A stretch of DNA of 64,000 bases from positions 93,444 to 157,443 of the forward strand of contig JANQLF010000212.1 in the NCBI GenBank assembly GCA_028280785.1, given 5' to 3'. The translations under genes were made by a program, and so were the position numbers. Source of the DNA: Planctomycetota bacterium (GTDB lineage: Bacteria > Planctomycetota > UBA11346). Every line of letters begins with the position of its first letter. Positions within the stretch are counted from its first letter, which is position 1. Positions 63,011 through 64,000 of this stretch are shown here, piece after piece. The notes under the pieces are model-generated. The model saw only the letters and a program-made list of their open reading frames with translations. It ran no database searches and was not told the origin of the DNA.

Positions 63011-64000
63011 CTATTTACCTAAATCTTTAATCTCTATTTTCGCACTGATGTGCTCAGTGAATTCTTTTACCTGCGTATCTAAGCATTTTTGATAATAGCT
63101 TTTTGCTGATTTCATATCACCCGCAAATCGTTTAGTACATGCTATATAATAATAGGCTTCGCATAATTGATGTTTCTGTGTTTCTTGATTGTCATGTTTT
63201 GCGAGTTTCAACAATTGTTCATCTTGTAATTTTCCGAGCATAAAATCGAGGATCTGTCGTCCCCAGCCTTCTGGTTTATGTTTCTCAACAAATTCCTGTA
63301 AATAGTCATTCCCTTCTTTATCACGTTCTAAATGTTTATAGCACAGCCACACACGCATTGCATAGTAATCTACATCACTGCTATAATCTAGAAGTCCAAT
63401 TCTTGTTTTAAAAGATTGCATCGATTTTTCATAATCACGTTTCTGATCATTAATACCTAGAAAATAGTCCCATGCTTTAAATCGATATTGTACCAAATCA
63501 CCATCAGATTGCTTTCGCTCTTTTTTAGAACGCGCAGTTTTCTTTAATTTTTCCACCAAGGGATCAATTGGATATACACTATTTGGATCTGAATGATGCA
63601 ACATGACTTCTCCAACAGACGAATGAGAAACCAAAGTCCTACCATTTTCCGTAATGAACAAGCCACTCACTGGACGGGCAGAATAGTCTAGCAATAACAA
63701 TTTTTCCCAAGTTTGAGTGTCCCAAACTGATATATCTTTACCGAAATTAGCAACAAATAAACGACTGCCATCTGGTGAGAACGTATAATGTAAAGTATTA
63801 GCCTCAAACCGATCAATGACCGATCCTGTTTCGACATCCCAAACACCCATTTCACCTTGAGTGATTATCCCCACGGCCGTTTGTTCATCTGGTGAAAGTA
63901 ATATGTCACTCCAAAGTTCCGCTTTCTGCTCGAATTGCACCAACTCTCTTCCTGTAAGTACATCAAATATCCCCGAATATCCCTTTATCCCATTATGAAA
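63011..64000 (-). CDS. WD40/beta-propeller-like repeat protein with a TPR-like C-terminal half (5' end outside the window)
   Basis: The frame stays open from the listed TTG (63943) to the window edge (...FHNGIKGYSGIFDVLTGRELVQFEQ...). Repeats of the type SPDGSRLFVANFGKDISVWDTQTWE are present. The C-terminal helical region (YYYIACTKRFAGDMKSAKSYYQKCL) looks TPR-like. The gene is A+T-rich. Confidence 0.55.
   Translation of the reverse strand, partial: FHNGIKGYSGIFDVLTGRELVQFEQKAELWSDILLSPDEQTAVGIITQGEMGVWDVETGSVIDRFEANTLHYTFSPDGSRLFVANFGKDISVWDTQTWEKLLLLDYSARPVSGLFITENGRTLVSHSSVGEVMLHHSDPNSVYPIDPLVEKLKKTARSKKERKQSDGDLVQYRFKAWDYFLGINDQKRDYEKSMQSFKTRIGLLDYSSDVDYYAMRVWLCYKHLERDKEGNDYLQEFVEKHKPEGWGRQILDFMLGKLQDEQLLKLAKHDNQETQKHQLCEAYYYIACTKRFAGDMKSAKSYYQKCLDTQVKEFTEHISAKIEIKDLGK

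Noticed and set aside
1-64000. Search by eye for CRISPR arrays, tRNA/rRNA genes, IS elements, integrases, toxin-antitoxin pairs or phage and defence genes
   Set aside because: Non-coding spacers are mostly short (the longest is about 286 nt, at 17850-18135). None contains spaced direct repeats or cloverleaf-like sequence, and no ORF has transposase, integrase, nuclease or defence motifs that I recognise. tRNAscan, Infernal or CRISPR-finder would be needed to be certain.

Overview
This 64-kb chromosomal segment is densely packed with about 48 protein-coding genes. Reading by eye, I found no rRNA, tRNA, CRISPR array, transposase, integrase or phage gene. The content is dominated by carbohydrate and sulfated-glycan metabolism: two leaderless Cys-type sulfatases, a heparinase II/III-like lyase, several glycoside-hydrolase-like and beta-helix proteins, a CE7 esterase, a PIG-L deacetylase and AraD. 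These are controlled by four AraC-type regulators, each divergently paired with an enzyme gene, plus a LacI-type regulator and a membrane-anchored ECF sigma factor. The gene repertoire and moderate A+T richness suggest a marine PVC-superphylum bacterium (Lentisphaerae, Planctomycetes or Verrucomicrobia-like), but this is inference only. The best candidate for an undescribed system is a tightly coupled four-gene operon at 20285-25007. There an orphan lipoprotein secretin sits directly in front of a MacAB/DevBCA-type membrane-fusion protein, ABC ATPase and permease, in the position where a TolC-type duct would be expected. Other notable items: a processive GT2 synthase fused to a GH-like domain; a membrane desaturase-Rieske fusion (MocD-MocE-like); a Ser/Thr kinase fused to a catalytically incomplete FGE domain; a composite protein with EF-hand, thioredoxin-like, cytochrome c and PHM-like copper monooxygenase parts; a 1457-aa mosaic secreted protein; two AraC::PhyH-dioxygenase divergons; and tandem and dispersed paralog pairs. 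All calls rest on motif recognition from the translations. No database search or statistics were run.
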